Positions 35,401 to 44,818 of a stretch of DNA of 64,000 bases are shown here, piece by piece. Within the stretch, counting starts at the first letter, position 1, and each line of letters opens with the position of its first letter. The DNA lies in contig JAXHNB010000002.1 of NCBI GenBank assembly GCA_034520945.1, positions 320,001 through 384,000 of the forward strand, in the 5' to 3' direction. The notes below the pieces were generated by a model. The model had not been told where the DNA came from. It worked only from the letters and a program-made list of their open reading frames with translations, and did not search any database. Origin of the DNA: Trueperaceae bacterium (lineage in GTDB: Bacteria; Deinococcota; Deinococci; Deinococcales; Trueperaceae). The translations under genes were made by a program, and so were the position numbers.

Positions 35401-35444
35401 ACGCGTTCGCCGGCGGCACGATCGCGTGCCGCCGGCGAACGCGT
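35401..35444. terminator. Perfect 20-bp inverted repeat between convergent genes
   Basis: ACGCGTTCGCCGGCGGCACG-ATCG-CGTGCCGCCGGCGAACGCGT. Confidence 0.75.
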
Positions 35445-35460
35445 GCGTGCACGTTCCGGT

Positions 35461-36312
35461 TCAGCCCCGAGCGACCAGGGCCACGCCGACGGCCATGCCC
35501 GCCCCCGCCACCAGGCGACGGTAGCCTCCGGCCTCGCCCAACAGGCCCGTACCCAGCGCCACGGTCAACAGGATGCTGATCTCGCGCGCCGGCGCGACCA
35601 GGCTCACCGGGGCCAAGCGGAACGCCTCCAGCACCAGCAGGTACGCCAGCGGACTGAGCACCCCGACCATGATCATCGAGCGCCAGGCGCGACGCCACGT
35701 CACCGCGAGCGACCGGCGCCGGCGCCACGCCACGGGGGCGAGCAAGAGAGCACGCATCGTCTCCGACAGCCACGCGAACAGGATCGGCGCGATGCCGATC
35801 CGCGACACGGCGGTGGCGTCCCACAACGTGTAGCCGGCGATGAACACGCCCGTCGCGAGCCCCATGCCGAGCGCCCGCGCCGTGGGCCGTGACGCCCCGC
35901 CGGTCAGCGCGAAGGCCGACACCACCACCAACGCGGTCCCGCTCAGGGCCAGCAGGCTGGGCCGCTCGCCCAACAGGGCGATGGCCGCGACGGTCGCCAA
36001 CGCCGGGCCGGTGCCACGCGCCAGCGGGTACACGATGGAGAGGTCGCCGGCCCCGTAGCCCTTCTGCAGCGACACCATGTAGCCGATGTGCAGAAACGCA
36101 CTGCCCAGTAGGAACGCCCACGCGACCAGGCCCAGCTCGTGACCACCGGCGCGCCAGGTCCATGCCCCCCAGGGAAGCAGCGCGATCGCGCCGACGGTCG
36201 CGAAGGTCCAGGCCACCGCGCCGCCGTCTCCGCCGACGCCCTTGGCCAACAGGTTCCAGGTGGCGTGAATGCCCGCCGAGGCGAGCACCAGCGCCAACGC
36301 GATCGGCGTCAT
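35461..36312 (-). CDS. EamA/DMT family transporter
   Basis: About 10 TM segments; HATWNLLAK, GDLSIVYPLARGTGP, VAPAREISI. Confidence 0.9.
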   Translation of the reverse strand: MTPIALALVLASAGIHATWNLLAKGVGGDGGAVAWTFATVGAIALLPWGAWTWRAGGHELGLVAWAFLLGSAFLHIGYMVSLQKGYGAGDLSIVYPLARGTGPALATVAAIALLGERPSLLALSGTALVVVSAFALTGGASRPTARALGMGLATGVFIAGYTLWDATAVSRIGIAPILFAWLSETMRALLLAPVAWRRRRSLAVTWRRAWRSMIMVGVLSPLAYLLVLEAFRLAPVSLVAPAREISILLTVALGTGLLGEAGGYRRLVAGAGMAVGVALVARG

Positions 36313-36335
36313 GGTGGCTCAGGCCGCGGCGCGGG

Positions 36336-37283
36336 TCACGCCACGTAGGTGAGCCACGACTCGAAGCGGGCGTCCTTCCCCGTCACGGCGTCGAGGTACC
36401 AGCGCCGCATCTGCATCGCGAACGGCCCGGCGGTCCCGTCGCCGATCGGCCGCCGGTCGATCGCCGCGATCGGCGTCACCTCCGCCGCGGTGCCGACCAT
36501 GAACACCTCGTCCGCGGTATAGAGCTCGTCCCGCGTCGCCCAGGTCTCGCGCACCTCGATCCCTTGCGCCTCGGCGAGCCGCACCACCGAATCGCGGGTA
36601 ATGCCCCGAAGGTTGACCGAGTGCGCCACCGGGTACAGCACGTCCTCCCGGACCAAGAACAGGTTCTCGCCCGATCCTTCGGCCACGAAGCCGCTCGTGT
36701 CCAGCAACAGGGCCTCGTCGAAGCCGTTGTCGCGCGCCTCCTGGTTGGCCAGCACGCTGTTCACGTAGTTGCCGCCCGCCTTCGACTTGGTCGGCATCAC
36801 GTCCGCGGGGCTGCGTCGCCAGCTGGACGTCATCAACTGCGCCCCCTGCGCCACCGCGTCCTCGCCGAGGTAGGTCCCCCAACTCCAGGTCGCCACCATG
36901 AAGTGGACACGGTTGCGGGCCGGGCTGACGCCCAGCGACTCCGAGCCGTACCACAACAACGGCCGGATGTAGCACGAGGTGCGGCCGTTGGCGCGAACGG
37001 TCTCGGTGACCGCATGCACGATCTCGTCGAAGCTGGGCACGCCCGTGCGCATGCCCAGGATCTTGGCCGAATCCAACAGCCGCTGCACGTGCTCTTCGAG
37101 GCGGAACACGGCTGCGCCCGACTCCGTCTCGTACGCGCGAATCCCCTCGAATACGCTGGTGCCGTAATGCATCGCGTGCGTCAGCACGGAGACCTTGGCC
37201 TCCGCTTGCGGCACGAGCGCGCCGTCGAACCAGATCTTGCCCGCTTCGATGGCGGGGGCGGTGTGGGTGTCTTCACTAGCCAT
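36336..37283 (-). CDS. ilvE: Branched-chain amino acid aminotransferase
   Basis: HAMHYGTSVFEGIRAY, YIRPL, KAGGNYVNS, EGSGENLF, LRGITR, GTAAEVTPI. Confidence 0.96.
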   Translation of the reverse strand: MASEDTHTAPAIEAGKIWFDGALVPQAEAKVSVLTHAMHYGTSVFEGIRAYETESGAAVFRLEEHVQRLLDSAKILGMRTGVPSFDEIVHAVTETVRANGRTSCYIRPLLWYGSESLGVSPARNRVHFMVATWSWGTYLGEDAVAQGAQLMTSSWRRSPADVMPTKSKAGGNYVNSVLANQEARDNGFDEALLLDTSGFVAEGSGENLFLVREDVLYPVAHSVNLRGITRDSVVRLAEAQGIEVRETWATRDELYTADEVFMVGTAAEVTPIAAIDRRPIGDGTAGPFAMQMRRWYLDAVTGKDARFESWLTYVA

Positions 37284-37384
37284 GGGCGTTGGTACCTCCC
37301 GAGAATCGTGTGACCACACCATACTTCTCCTCGCCGCCCAGGTCGACGTTGTGCGCCCGCGGCCGGGCGAGTACACTGCACGGG

Positions 37385-38365
37385 ATGCGTATCCTCGTCA
37401 CCGGCGGCGCCGGCTACATCGGCAGCGTCACGGCCGACGCCCTCGTGCGTCGCGGCCACGAGGTGACGGTGCTGGACGACCTTCGCAGCGGCCATCGCGA
37501 CGCCGTGCCGAGCGGCGCGACCTTCGCCCTCGCCGACGTGGCGGAGCGTGAGGCCGTCGGCCGCGTTCTGGAGGCATCGAGGGCCGACGCCGTGATGCAC
37601 TTCGCGGCCAGCTCGCTGGTGTCCGAGTCGATGGCGCGTCCGATGGCCTACTTCGCCAACAACACGGGCGCGTCGCTGGCGCTCTTGGACGCGATGGTCG
37701 AGCACGACGTCCGGCGGTTCGTGCTTTCCTCCACCGCGGCCGTGTACGGCACGCCCGATGCCGTGCCGATCCCCGAAGACGCACAGGTCCGCCCCGAGAG
37801 CGTGTACGGCGAATCGAAGGTGCTGGTCGAACGCACGCTGGCGTGGTTGGCCCGCACGGCCGGCCTGGGGTACGCCGCGCTGCGCTACTTCAACGCCGCA
37901 GGCGCCACCGAGGCCCTGGGCGAGGACCACCGGCCCGAGACGCATCTCGTTCCCTTGGTGCTGCAGGTCGCGCGGGGGGAGCGCGAGGCGCTTCAGCTGT
38001 TCGGCCGCGACTACCCCACGCCGGACGGGACCGCCGTACGGGACTACGTCCACGTGTCCGACCTGGCGCACGCCCACGTGCTGGCCATCGAGGCGCTCCG
38101 CCCCGGCGAGGCCCGCACCTACAACGTCGGCACGGGACGCGGGTTCAGCGTGCTGGAGGTGGTGGAGGCCTGCCGGGCGGTCACGGGCCTCGAGATCGAG
38201 GTCCGCGACGCGCCCCGCCGCGAGGGCGACCCGCCGCGCCTGGTGGCCGACGCACGCGCGATCCAGGAGGGGCTGGGATGGCGTGCCGAGATCCCCGATC
38301 TGCACGACATCGTCGCGTCGGCGTGGCGCTGGCACCGGTCTCACCCCGATGGGTACGCGACGTGA
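37385..38365 (+). CDS. galE: UDP-glucose 4-epimerase
   Basis: TGGAGYIGS, HFAA, SSTAAVYG, YGESK, LRYFNAAGA, DGTAVRDYVHV; TACACT 7 nt before ATG. Confidence 0.93.
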   Translation: MRILVTGGAGYIGSVTADALVRRGHEVTVLDDLRSGHRDAVPSGATFALADVAEREAVGRVLEASRADAVMHFAASSLVSESMARPMAYFANNTGASLALLDAMVEHDVRRFVLSSTAAVYGTPDAVPIPEDAQVRPESVYGESKVLVERTLAWLARTAGLGYAALRYFNAAGATEALGEDHRPETHLVPLVLQVARGEREALQLFGRDYPTPDGTAVRDYVHVSDLAHAHVLAIEALRPGEARTYNVGTGRGFSVLEVVEACRAVTGLEIEVRDAPRREGDPPRLVADARAIQEGLGWRAEIPDLHDIVASAWRWHRSHPDGYAT

Positions 38366-38541
38366 TGGGAACCCCGCGGCGGTCCCCGGGACCGGCGCGG
38401 CCCCTCCGGCACACCGGTGGCTCACCGGCACGTGATATACCCTTGTCGAACCGACCCGAGGTCGGGTGCCCAGCCGGCGCGGGACGCGTCCTGGCGGGCT
38501 ACCCGCCTTTTCGGTACGTTGCCCCCCGTTTGGAGACCTTC

Positions 38542-39144
38542 ATGAAACGAGCGCTCACGATCCTGTTCGCCCTGATGCTGGGCTTCACCTTCGCGCAACG
38601 CTCGATCAGCCTCGCCGGCGTGATCGACAGCGAGGAAGGGCTCCCCGACGACACGCGTCTGTCGGTGCAGGTGCTGAACGCCGACGGAGCGTGGAGCTAC
38701 GAGGTCGACAGCGTCGCGCCCATCGGCGGAAGCTTCGAGCTCGAGGTCGGCGAGGTTCCGGCCGAGCACCTTCGCCCCTTCCGCTCCGGCGCCGTCCTGC
38801 TGCCGGGGCTCCAGAACGAGTACCGCGTGACGCCCGAAGACGCCAACTACGTGCAAGGCACGCTCGCGATGTACCTCGATGAGGACCAGGACGGCACCTG
38901 GACGCGCGAGCCCGAGCGCGACCCGTTCTTCTTGGCGTTGTCGCAGCTGGAACAGCCGATCGGGTTCTTCACGCTGATCTACGTCGACCAGGCCGCCACC
39001 ATGGAGGGGCGTGGCGAGGAGCTGGCGTTGGCGCAGGGCTGGAACGTATTCACGGTGCGCTTCCCCGAGAGCGGCCCCGCGTACGAGATTCGGGAGGCCG
39101 TGGACGACATCGCCCTCGAGGTGCTGGACCTGCTGCCCCGCTGA
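38542..39144 (+). CDS. Hypothetical secreted protein
   Basis: Signal peptide MKRALTILFALMLGFTFAQ; GGAG RBS; LAQGWN motif near the C-terminus. Confidence 0.75.
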   Translation: MKRALTILFALMLGFTFAQRSISLAGVIDSEEGLPDDTRLSVQVLNADGAWSYEVDSVAPIGGSFELEVGEVPAEHLRPFRSGAVLLPGLQNEYRVTPEDANYVQGTLAMYLDEDQDGTWTREPERDPFFLALSQLEQPIGFFTLIYVDQAATMEGRGEELALAQGWNVFTVRFPESGPAYEIREAVDDIALEVLDLLPR

Positions 39145-39207
39145 GCGAGGCGCAGAGACGAGGCGCGTCCGACCCCACCCCCCGCCCGTCGCTGATATAA
39201 CGGCCCC

Positions 39208-39675
39208 ATGAACGAGGTGGAGGGTTCCTTGAGGGGCGACGGGCTCCGCATCGCCATCGTGGCGAGCCGCTTCAACGACCTGATCACGAAACGACTCCTG
39301 GAGGGCGCACGAAGCGCCCTCCAGCGTCATGGCGTCGCCCATGAAGACGTCACGGTCGCCTGGGTGCCCGGCGCCGTCGAGATCCCGCTCGTCGCCACCC
39401 GATTGGCGCGCGAGGACGGGGTCGACGCGGTGATCGCGCTCGGCGCGGTGATCCGGGGCGCCACCGACCACTACGATCACGTCTGCGGCATGGTCGCGTC
39501 CGGCGTGGCGCGGGCGTCGGCCGATACCGGCGTGCCGGTGATCTTCGGCGTGCTGACGACCGATACGGTGGATCAGGCCCTCGAGCGGGCCGGCAGCAAG
39601 GCCGGCAACAAGGGGGCGGACGCCGCCGCGTCCGCGATCGAGATGGCGACGCTTTTGCGGGCGTTGCCGGGCTGA
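39208..39675 (+). CDS. ribH: 6,7-dimethyl-8-ribityllumazine synthase
   Basis: [38 protein letters not shown]. Confidence 0.96.
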   Translation: MNEVEGSLRGDGLRIAIVASRFNDLITKRLLEGARSALQRHGVAHEDVTVAWVPGAVEIPLVATRLAREDGVDAVIALGAVIRGATDHYDHVCGMVASGVARASADTGVPVIFGVLTTDTVDQALERAGSKAGNKGADAAASAIEMATLLRALPG

Positions 39676-39678
39676 ATC

Positions 39679-40479
39679 GTGAGCGCGACGCCGGCCCAAG
39701 ACGACGCCGCGCCGCGACCGGCCGACCGGCTGCGTCAAGGCGCGGTCCTGGTCGCGATCGCGGCGATGATCGCCATGAACGTCGCGGCCAACGCCCTACC
39801 GTTGGCCGGCCGTAGCACCGGCGAGGTGTCCGCCGCCTACCCGGTCCCCTTCACGCCCGCCGGGTACGTGTTCGCGATCTGGGCGCTGATCTACCTGGGA
39901 CTGATCGCCTTCGGCGTGTTCCAGGCGCTCCCTGGACGGGCCCGCGATCCGCGCCTGCGCGACGTGGCGCCCTGGGTCGTCCTCGGCTGCGCCGCCAACG
40001 TCGCCTGGCTGGTCGCCTGGCACACGCTGCGCATTCCCCTCAGCATGGCGCTGATGGTCGTCTTGCTGATCGCCTTGCTGGCGACGTACGAACGGCTGCA
40101 CCGAGGCCCCAGTGATCGCGCCACCGTGCTTTTGGCGCGGCTGCCGTTCGGGATCTACCTGGGGTGGATCACCGTCGCGACCGTGGCCAACGCCTCGGTG
40201 ACGTTGTGGCACTGGGGGTTCCGAGGCGGTCCGTGGGCGCCCGAGACCTGGGCGCTGATCATGGTCTTCGTGGCGACGGCGATCGGGGTCCGCGTCCTAC
40301 AGGCGCGCGGTGACGTGGCGTTCGCCTTGGTGTTGATCTGGGCCTTCGTCGGCATCGCGGTCGCCCGCGGGTTCCCCGGCCTGCTGCCGGGCGGCGCGCT
40401 GGTCGCCTCGGCGCTGTTGGCGGGCGGGATCGCCGGGCGGCTGGTGCGCGGCCGGGCGGACGCCGAAGGGCGGGCATGA
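39679..40479 (+). CDS. Tryptophan-rich sensory (TspO-like) membrane protein
   Basis: TPAGYVFAIWALIY, IYLGWITVATVAN, LVLIWAFVGI; multiple TM segments. Confidence 0.75.
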   Translation: MSATPAQDDAAPRPADRLRQGAVLVAIAAMIAMNVAANALPLAGRSTGEVSAAYPVPFTPAGYVFAIWALIYLGLIAFGVFQALPGRARDPRLRDVAPWVVLGCAANVAWLVAWHTLRIPLSMALMVVLLIALLATYERLHRGPSDRATVLLARLPFGIYLGWITVATVANASVTLWHWGFRGGPWAPETWALIMVFVATAIGVRVLQARGDVAFALVLIWAFVGIAVARGFPGLLPGGALVASALLAGGIAGRLVRGRADAEGRA

Positions 40480-40862
40480 GCGAAGGAAACGACCGCATCT
40501 GGACCGATCGCGAGATCGTGCTGGAGATGTTCCCTGCCACCCCGGAGCCGTTGGTGCCCAAGCCGCTCCAGTTCACCGTCGAGGACGAAGGCGACGGCCA
40601 GGCGCGGGTCCTGGATCGCGAAGGCTTCGTGGTGCTGCGGCTGGTGCCCATCACGCCGGCGGGGAACCCCACCGGCGAGCTGTGCTGCGACCTGTGTCAC
40701 CGCTCCGGCACCCGGCGCTTCCTGGGCCTGTACCGGGCCGAGATGCCCGGCTCCAACGGTCGTCGCTTCCGCTACCTGAGCGCCTGCCGTGACCACCAGG
40801 CGTGCGAGACGCGGCGGCTGGACGACGGCGCCCTGCATGTCCTGTTGGCGTCCGACGCCTGA
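40476..40862 (+). CDS. Small Zn-finger protein resembling the FBP/FusB C-terminal treble-clef domain
   Basis: CCDLC...G..GR...ACRDHQAC four-Cys pattern; family call is from recall, not a search. Confidence 0.55.
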   Translation: MSEGNDRIWTDREIVLEMFPATPEPLVPKPLQFTVEDEGDGQARVLDREGFVVLRLVPITPAGNPTGELCCDLCHRSGTRRFLGLYRAEMPGSNGRRFRYLSACRDHQACETRRLDDGALHVLLASDA

Positions 40863-40895
40863 CCCGGCGCCGCCGGCCGCGCGTACACTGAGGGC

Positions 40896-42071
40896 ATGAG
40901 CCCAGGTCGCTTCGCCTCCGCGCGGGCGCGCGCCATGCCGGCCAGCGTGTTCGCCACCATGGACGACGCCAAGTCCGACGCCCGCCGGCGCGGCCTCGAG
41001 GTGGTCGACCTCTCGATCGGCTCCTCCGACCTGCCGCCACCGCAAGGCGCCTTGGCGCGGGTCCGTGAGGCCGCGGACGACCCGGACACCTACGGCTACT
41101 GCCTTCAGGCCGGGACCCGGCCGCTGCGGGAGGCGGCCTGCGACTGGTACCAAGGTCGCTACGGCTGGCGGCCGGATCCGGACCGGGAGGCGCTGCCGCT
41201 GATCGGCGCGCAGGAGGGGTTCGCCAACCTCCTGCTCGCGACCTGTGACGCGGGCGACACCGTGCTGCTGCCCGAACCCGCCTACCCGAGCTACTTCGGA
41301 GCGGTGGCGCTGGCGGGCCTCGACGTGGTCACCATGCCGCTGTTGGCCCAGAACGCGTTCCTGCCCGACCTGGACCAGGTCCCGAACGAGGCGGCCGCGC
41401 GGGCCCGCGTCATGGTGGCGTGCTACCCCAACAACCCCACCGCCGGCACGGCCACGCCCGCGTTCTTCGAAGAAGCGGTCGCGTTCTGCGCGCACCACGA
41501 CCTGCTCCTGGTGCACGACTTCCCCTACGTCGACCTCGACTTCTCCCAGGCGGGCGCCCCCTCGGCGTTCGACGCCCCCAATGGGCGCGACCGTGTCGTC
41601 GAACTGTACTCGTTCAGCAAGAGCTTCCACATGGCCGGCTTCCGCATCGGCTTCGCCCTCGGTGCGGTCGACGCCATCGCCGCCCTCGCCCGCGTCAAGG
41701 GCGCGATCGACTTCCACGCCTGGTTGGGCATCCAACGCGCCGCCGTCGCCGCGTTGCGCACCCCCCGCAGCCGCGTGCAGGCGCACGCCGACATCTACCG
41801 CGAGCGCCGGGATGCGCTGGTGGACGAGCTGAACCGGGCCGGCATGCCGACCCAGCGCCCCGACGCCACCATGTACGTGTGGACCCGCCTTCCGGGCGAC
41901 CAGGTCGACTCGTACGCCTTCGCCGCCCGGCTGGTGCGCCAGACCGGCGTCGCGGTGGCGCCGGGACGCGCCTTCGGGCCCAGCGGCGAGGGCTGGATCC
42001 GCCTGGCGCTGGTGCGCGAGCCAGGCGTGCTCAGGGCGGCGGCGCGGCAGGTGGCGACGCACCTGGACTGA
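40896..42071 (+). CDS. PLP-dependent class I/II aminotransferase (DapL/AlaC-like)
   Basis: GAQEG, YPNNPT, HDFPY, YSFSKSFHMAGFRIGF, PGRAFG; TACACT 6 nt before ATG. Confidence 0.9.
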   Translation: MSPGRFASARARAMPASVFATMDDAKSDARRRGLEVVDLSIGSSDLPPPQGALARVREAADDPDTYGYCLQAGTRPLREAACDWYQGRYGWRPDPDREALPLIGAQEGFANLLLATCDAGDTVLLPEPAYPSYFGAVALAGLDVVTMPLLAQNAFLPDLDQVPNEAAARARVMVACYPNNPTAGTATPAFFEEAVAFCAHHDLLLVHDFPYVDLDFSQAGAPSAFDAPNGRDRVVELYSFSKSFHMAGFRIGFALGAVDAIAALARVKGAIDFHAWLGIQRAAVAALRTPRSRVQAHADIYRERRDALVDELNRAGMPTQRPDATMYVWTRLPGDQVDSYAFAARLVRQTGVAVAPGRAFGPSGEGWIRLALVREPGVLRAAARQVATHLD

Positions 42072-42618
42072 CGCGCCGGCGCGGAGGGCGGCGTCGCCCC
42101 CCGCGGCCCAACAGCAGGCCGGTCGCGTTCACGATCAGGTGCGCCACGATCGCGGGCAGCAGGCGTCCCGTCGCCAGCACCAGGGCGCCGAACGCCAGGC
42201 CCGCCAGGGCCGCGAACACGGGGTAACTCCAGCCGCGACGCCCCAGCGGATGCAGCGCGCCGAACAGCACGGCCTGCACGACGAGGCCGAGGTGGGCCAG
42301 CAGCATGCCGCGGAACAGCAGTTCCTCGCCCAGCGACGTGGCCAGCGCCAGGGACGCCGCCATGGGGCGCGATGGCGCCAAGCGCGCCAGCGCTCGCTCC
42401 ATCACGCGCGACGCCCACCGGAACGACGGCAGGACGCGCTCGAGCCCCGCCGCCGCCGCCAGCAGCGCCAAGCCGGTGGCGGCGCCCAGCGCCAGGGAGG
42501 GGAGCAGCGGCATGCGCGGCGTCAGCGTCGGCGGCGCCAACGACCACCATACGGCCGCCACCACGCCGCCCAGCAGGCTCGGCGCGAACGCCAGCAGCGT
42601 CCAGGCCTGCCGGGTCAC
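42031..42618 (-). CDS. CPBP/Abi family intramembrane glutamic endopeptidase
   Basis: GEELLFRG, FGALH, AHLIVN motifs; 3' end overlaps the aminotransferase. Confidence 0.85.
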   Translation of the reverse strand: MTRQAWTLLAFAPSLLGGVVAAVWWSLAPPTLTPRMPLLPSLALGAATGLALLAAAAGLERVLPSFRWASRVMERALARLAPSRPMAASLALATSLGEELLFRGMLLAHLGLVVQAVLFGALHPLGRRGWSYPVFAALAGLAFGALVLATGRLLPAIVAHLIVNATGLLLGRGGRRRPPRRRVSPGASPPAAPPP

Positions 42619-43979
42619 GCCTCGACCTCGTCCCAGTTCTGCGCCGCCGCGAAGCGGCGCAGGGCCGCCCGGGCCTCCTCGGGCGTGGTGACGTCGCCGA
42701 CCGCCTGCGCCTCGTGAAGGAAGGCCAACGCCTCCCCCACGCGCGGGCCCGGCGCCAAGCCCAGGCACGCCATCACGTCCTCGCCGCGCAGCAACGGCTC
42801 GGGCGGGGGCGCCTCCTCCAGGATGGCCACGATCCGCGCCAGCGCCAGGCGGTAGGCGCGGCGGGTGCCCTCGCTGGACAGACGTCCCCGGGCGGCCTCC
42901 CGGTCGGCGATCATCAGCTTCATCAGGTCGGGCAGGAGCTCGCGGCGGCGATGCACGAACCGTCGTGCCTCGACGTCGTTGCGCGGCAGGGGCAGCATGT
43001 GGCGGTGGACCAGCGCCGCGGCGCGCTGCACGGTCGCGCCGTCGAACCGCAGGCGCGTCAGGGCCCGGCGGGCGATGGCGGCGCCCTCGCCTGCGTGCCC
43101 GTAGAAGCGTAGCCGCCCGTCCGGCCCGCGGTCGCGGCAGGCCGGCTTGCCGACGTCGTGCAGCACCGTGCCGAGCCGCAACGCCCGATCTGCCTCCGGA
43201 AACGCCGTGACCAGTCGCTGCAGCGCTTCGAGCTGGTGCCGGAGCACGTCCAGGTGATGGAAGCCCCCCTGTGCCACGCCGTCGCCCGTGATCAGTTCGG
43301 GGAGCAGCAGGGCCAGCCACCCCAGCGCGTGCGCCTCGGCCAGCGCGTCGCCCGCCCGGACCGACGCCAGGATCAGCGCGAGCTCGTCGCGCCGCCGCTC
43401 GGCCGCGGGCAGCGGCAACGCACCTTCGGCCAGCTCGGCCGCCACGGACGCGGCGCTACGGCGTGTGGCCGAGTCCCAGGACAGGGCGTGCGTGGCGGCC
43501 AACCGGACCCCCCGAAGGCCGCGCAACGGGTCGGCCCGCAGGGCCCGTGGCGAGGTCGCCCGCAAGGTCCGGCGCGCCAGATCGCGGCGGCCGTCCAGCG
43601 GGTCGACCGGCCCGTCGTCCCGGAGGGCCATGGCGTTCATGGTGAAGTCCCGCTGCCGGAGGTCCGCCTCGAGCGTGCCCTGCGGCGCGACGACGTCGAG
43701 GGTGCGCGCGCCCGCGTGCACGCGCCAGTGCCCGCGCGTCGCGTCCAGGGCGAAGGCGTGCCCACCGGTGCGGGCGGCCAGCTCGCGCGCGGCGCGGCGC
43801 GGATCCGGCACGATCCAGTCGGTGTCGAGGGGCGACAGGCCCAGCAAGGCGTCACGCAGGGCCCCGCCGACCAGCACGCCCCCGTCCGGTCGGGGCCCGA
43901 ACGCCTCCAACCGTGGCCACGGCGCCAGGCGCGCCGGCGCTCGGGCGCGGCGCAGCAGCGCGGTCAGCCAACCCGTCAC
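42615..43979 (-). CDS. Class II tRNA nucleotidyltransferase with HD domain (probably CC-adding)
   Basis: VGGALRDALL, DTD, RDFTMNAMA, DPLRGLR, QGGFHHLDV, LHDVGKP; start uncertain. Confidence 0.85.
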   Translation of the reverse strand: MTGWLTALLRRARAPARLAPWPRLEAFGPRPDGGVLVGGALRDALLGLSPLDTDWIVPDPRRAARELAARTGGHAFALDATRGHWRVHAGARTLDVVAPQGTLEADLRQRDFTMNAMALRDDGPVDPLDGRRDLARRTLRATSPRALRADPLRGLRGVRLAATHALSWDSATRRSAASVAAELAEGALPLPAAERRRDELALILASVRAGDALAEAHALGWLALLLPELITGDGVAQGGFHHLDVLRHQLEALQRLVTAFPEADRALRLGTVLHDVGKPACRDRGPDGRLRFYGHAGEGAAIARRALTRLRFDGATVQRAAALVHRHMLPLPRNDVEARRFVHRRRELLPDLMKLMIADREAARGRLSSEGTRRAYRLALARIVAILEEAPPPEPLLRGEDVMACLGLAPGPRVGEALAFLHEAQAVGDVTTPEEARAALRRFAAAQNWDEVEA

Positions 43980-44093
43980 GCGGGGAGGGGCTCGTGCCGG
44001 GGAACGGGATCGGACATCGGGCCCCCAGCCTACGTCAGGCGCCCAGGTCCGCGCGTGCCGCGCGCAGCGCGGGCGGGCGTGGTGGAATGGCGC

Positions 44094-44726
44094 ATGACGG
44101 CCGAGATCGGACTGACGGGCAACGTCGGCGCGGGCAAGTCGACCGTGGCGCGGCTGCTGGCGGAGCGTGGCGCGGTCATCATCGATGCCGACGCGTTGGC
44201 GCGCCAGGCGACCGCGGAGCCGGACACCGTGGCGCGGATCGCGGAGGCGTTCGGCGACCCGGTGGCGCCGGAAGGCGTCCTGGACCGCGAGGCGCTGGCT
44301 CGCCGGGTGTTCGACGATGCCGACGCGCGGGCCCGCCTGGAGGCGATCGTGCACCCTCGCGTGGCGGCCCTCCGCCGGGAGGCGGCGGAGGTGGCCCGGC
44401 GGCGCACGCCGGCACCGCCGCTGATCGTGCACGACGTGCCGTTGCTGTTCGAGGTGGGGCTCGACGCCGCGTTCGACGCCGTCGTGGTGGTGGACGCGCC
44501 GCTGGAGGTACGCGCCGCGCGGGCCGCACGCCGTTCGGGCTGGGACGCGGGCGAGGTGCGCCGGCGCGACGCGGCGCAGATGCCTGCCGAGGAGAAGCGT
44601 GCGCGCGCCGACGTGGTGCTGGACAACGCGGGGGACGAGGCGTCGTTGGCGGCGCAGATCGACGGCGCCTGGCCACGTTTGGTGCAGGCGGACCGCCGCG
44701 CGGGCCGCGCGCCGGACGCGCCGTAG
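44094..44726 (+). CDS. coaE: Dephospho-CoA kinase
   Basis: IGLTGNVGAGKSTV, IDADALA, LEAIVHP, DVPLLFE, AQMP, ADVVLDN. Confidence 0.95.
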   Translation: MTAEIGLTGNVGAGKSTVARLLAERGAVIIDADALARQATAEPDTVARIAEAFGDPVAPEGVLDREALARRVFDDADARARLEAIVHPRVAALRREAAEVARRRTPAPPLIVHDVPLLFEVGLDAAFDAVVVVDAPLEVRAARAARRSGWDAGEVRRRDAAQMPAEEKRARADVVLDNAGDEASLAAQIDGAWPRLVQADRRAGRAPDAP

Positions 44727-44734
44727 CAGGCGAA

Positions 44735-44758
44735 GGGCGCGCCGCGAACGGCGCGCCC
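44735..44758. terminator. Hairpin between convergent genes
   Basis: GGGCGCGCCG-CGAA-CGGCGCGCCC. Confidence 0.6.
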
Positions 44759-44818
44759 ATCAGGTCGTCCTTGCGGGGCGCGCCGTCGTCGCGGGGCGCC
44801 CCGTGGCTCAGCGGCGGC

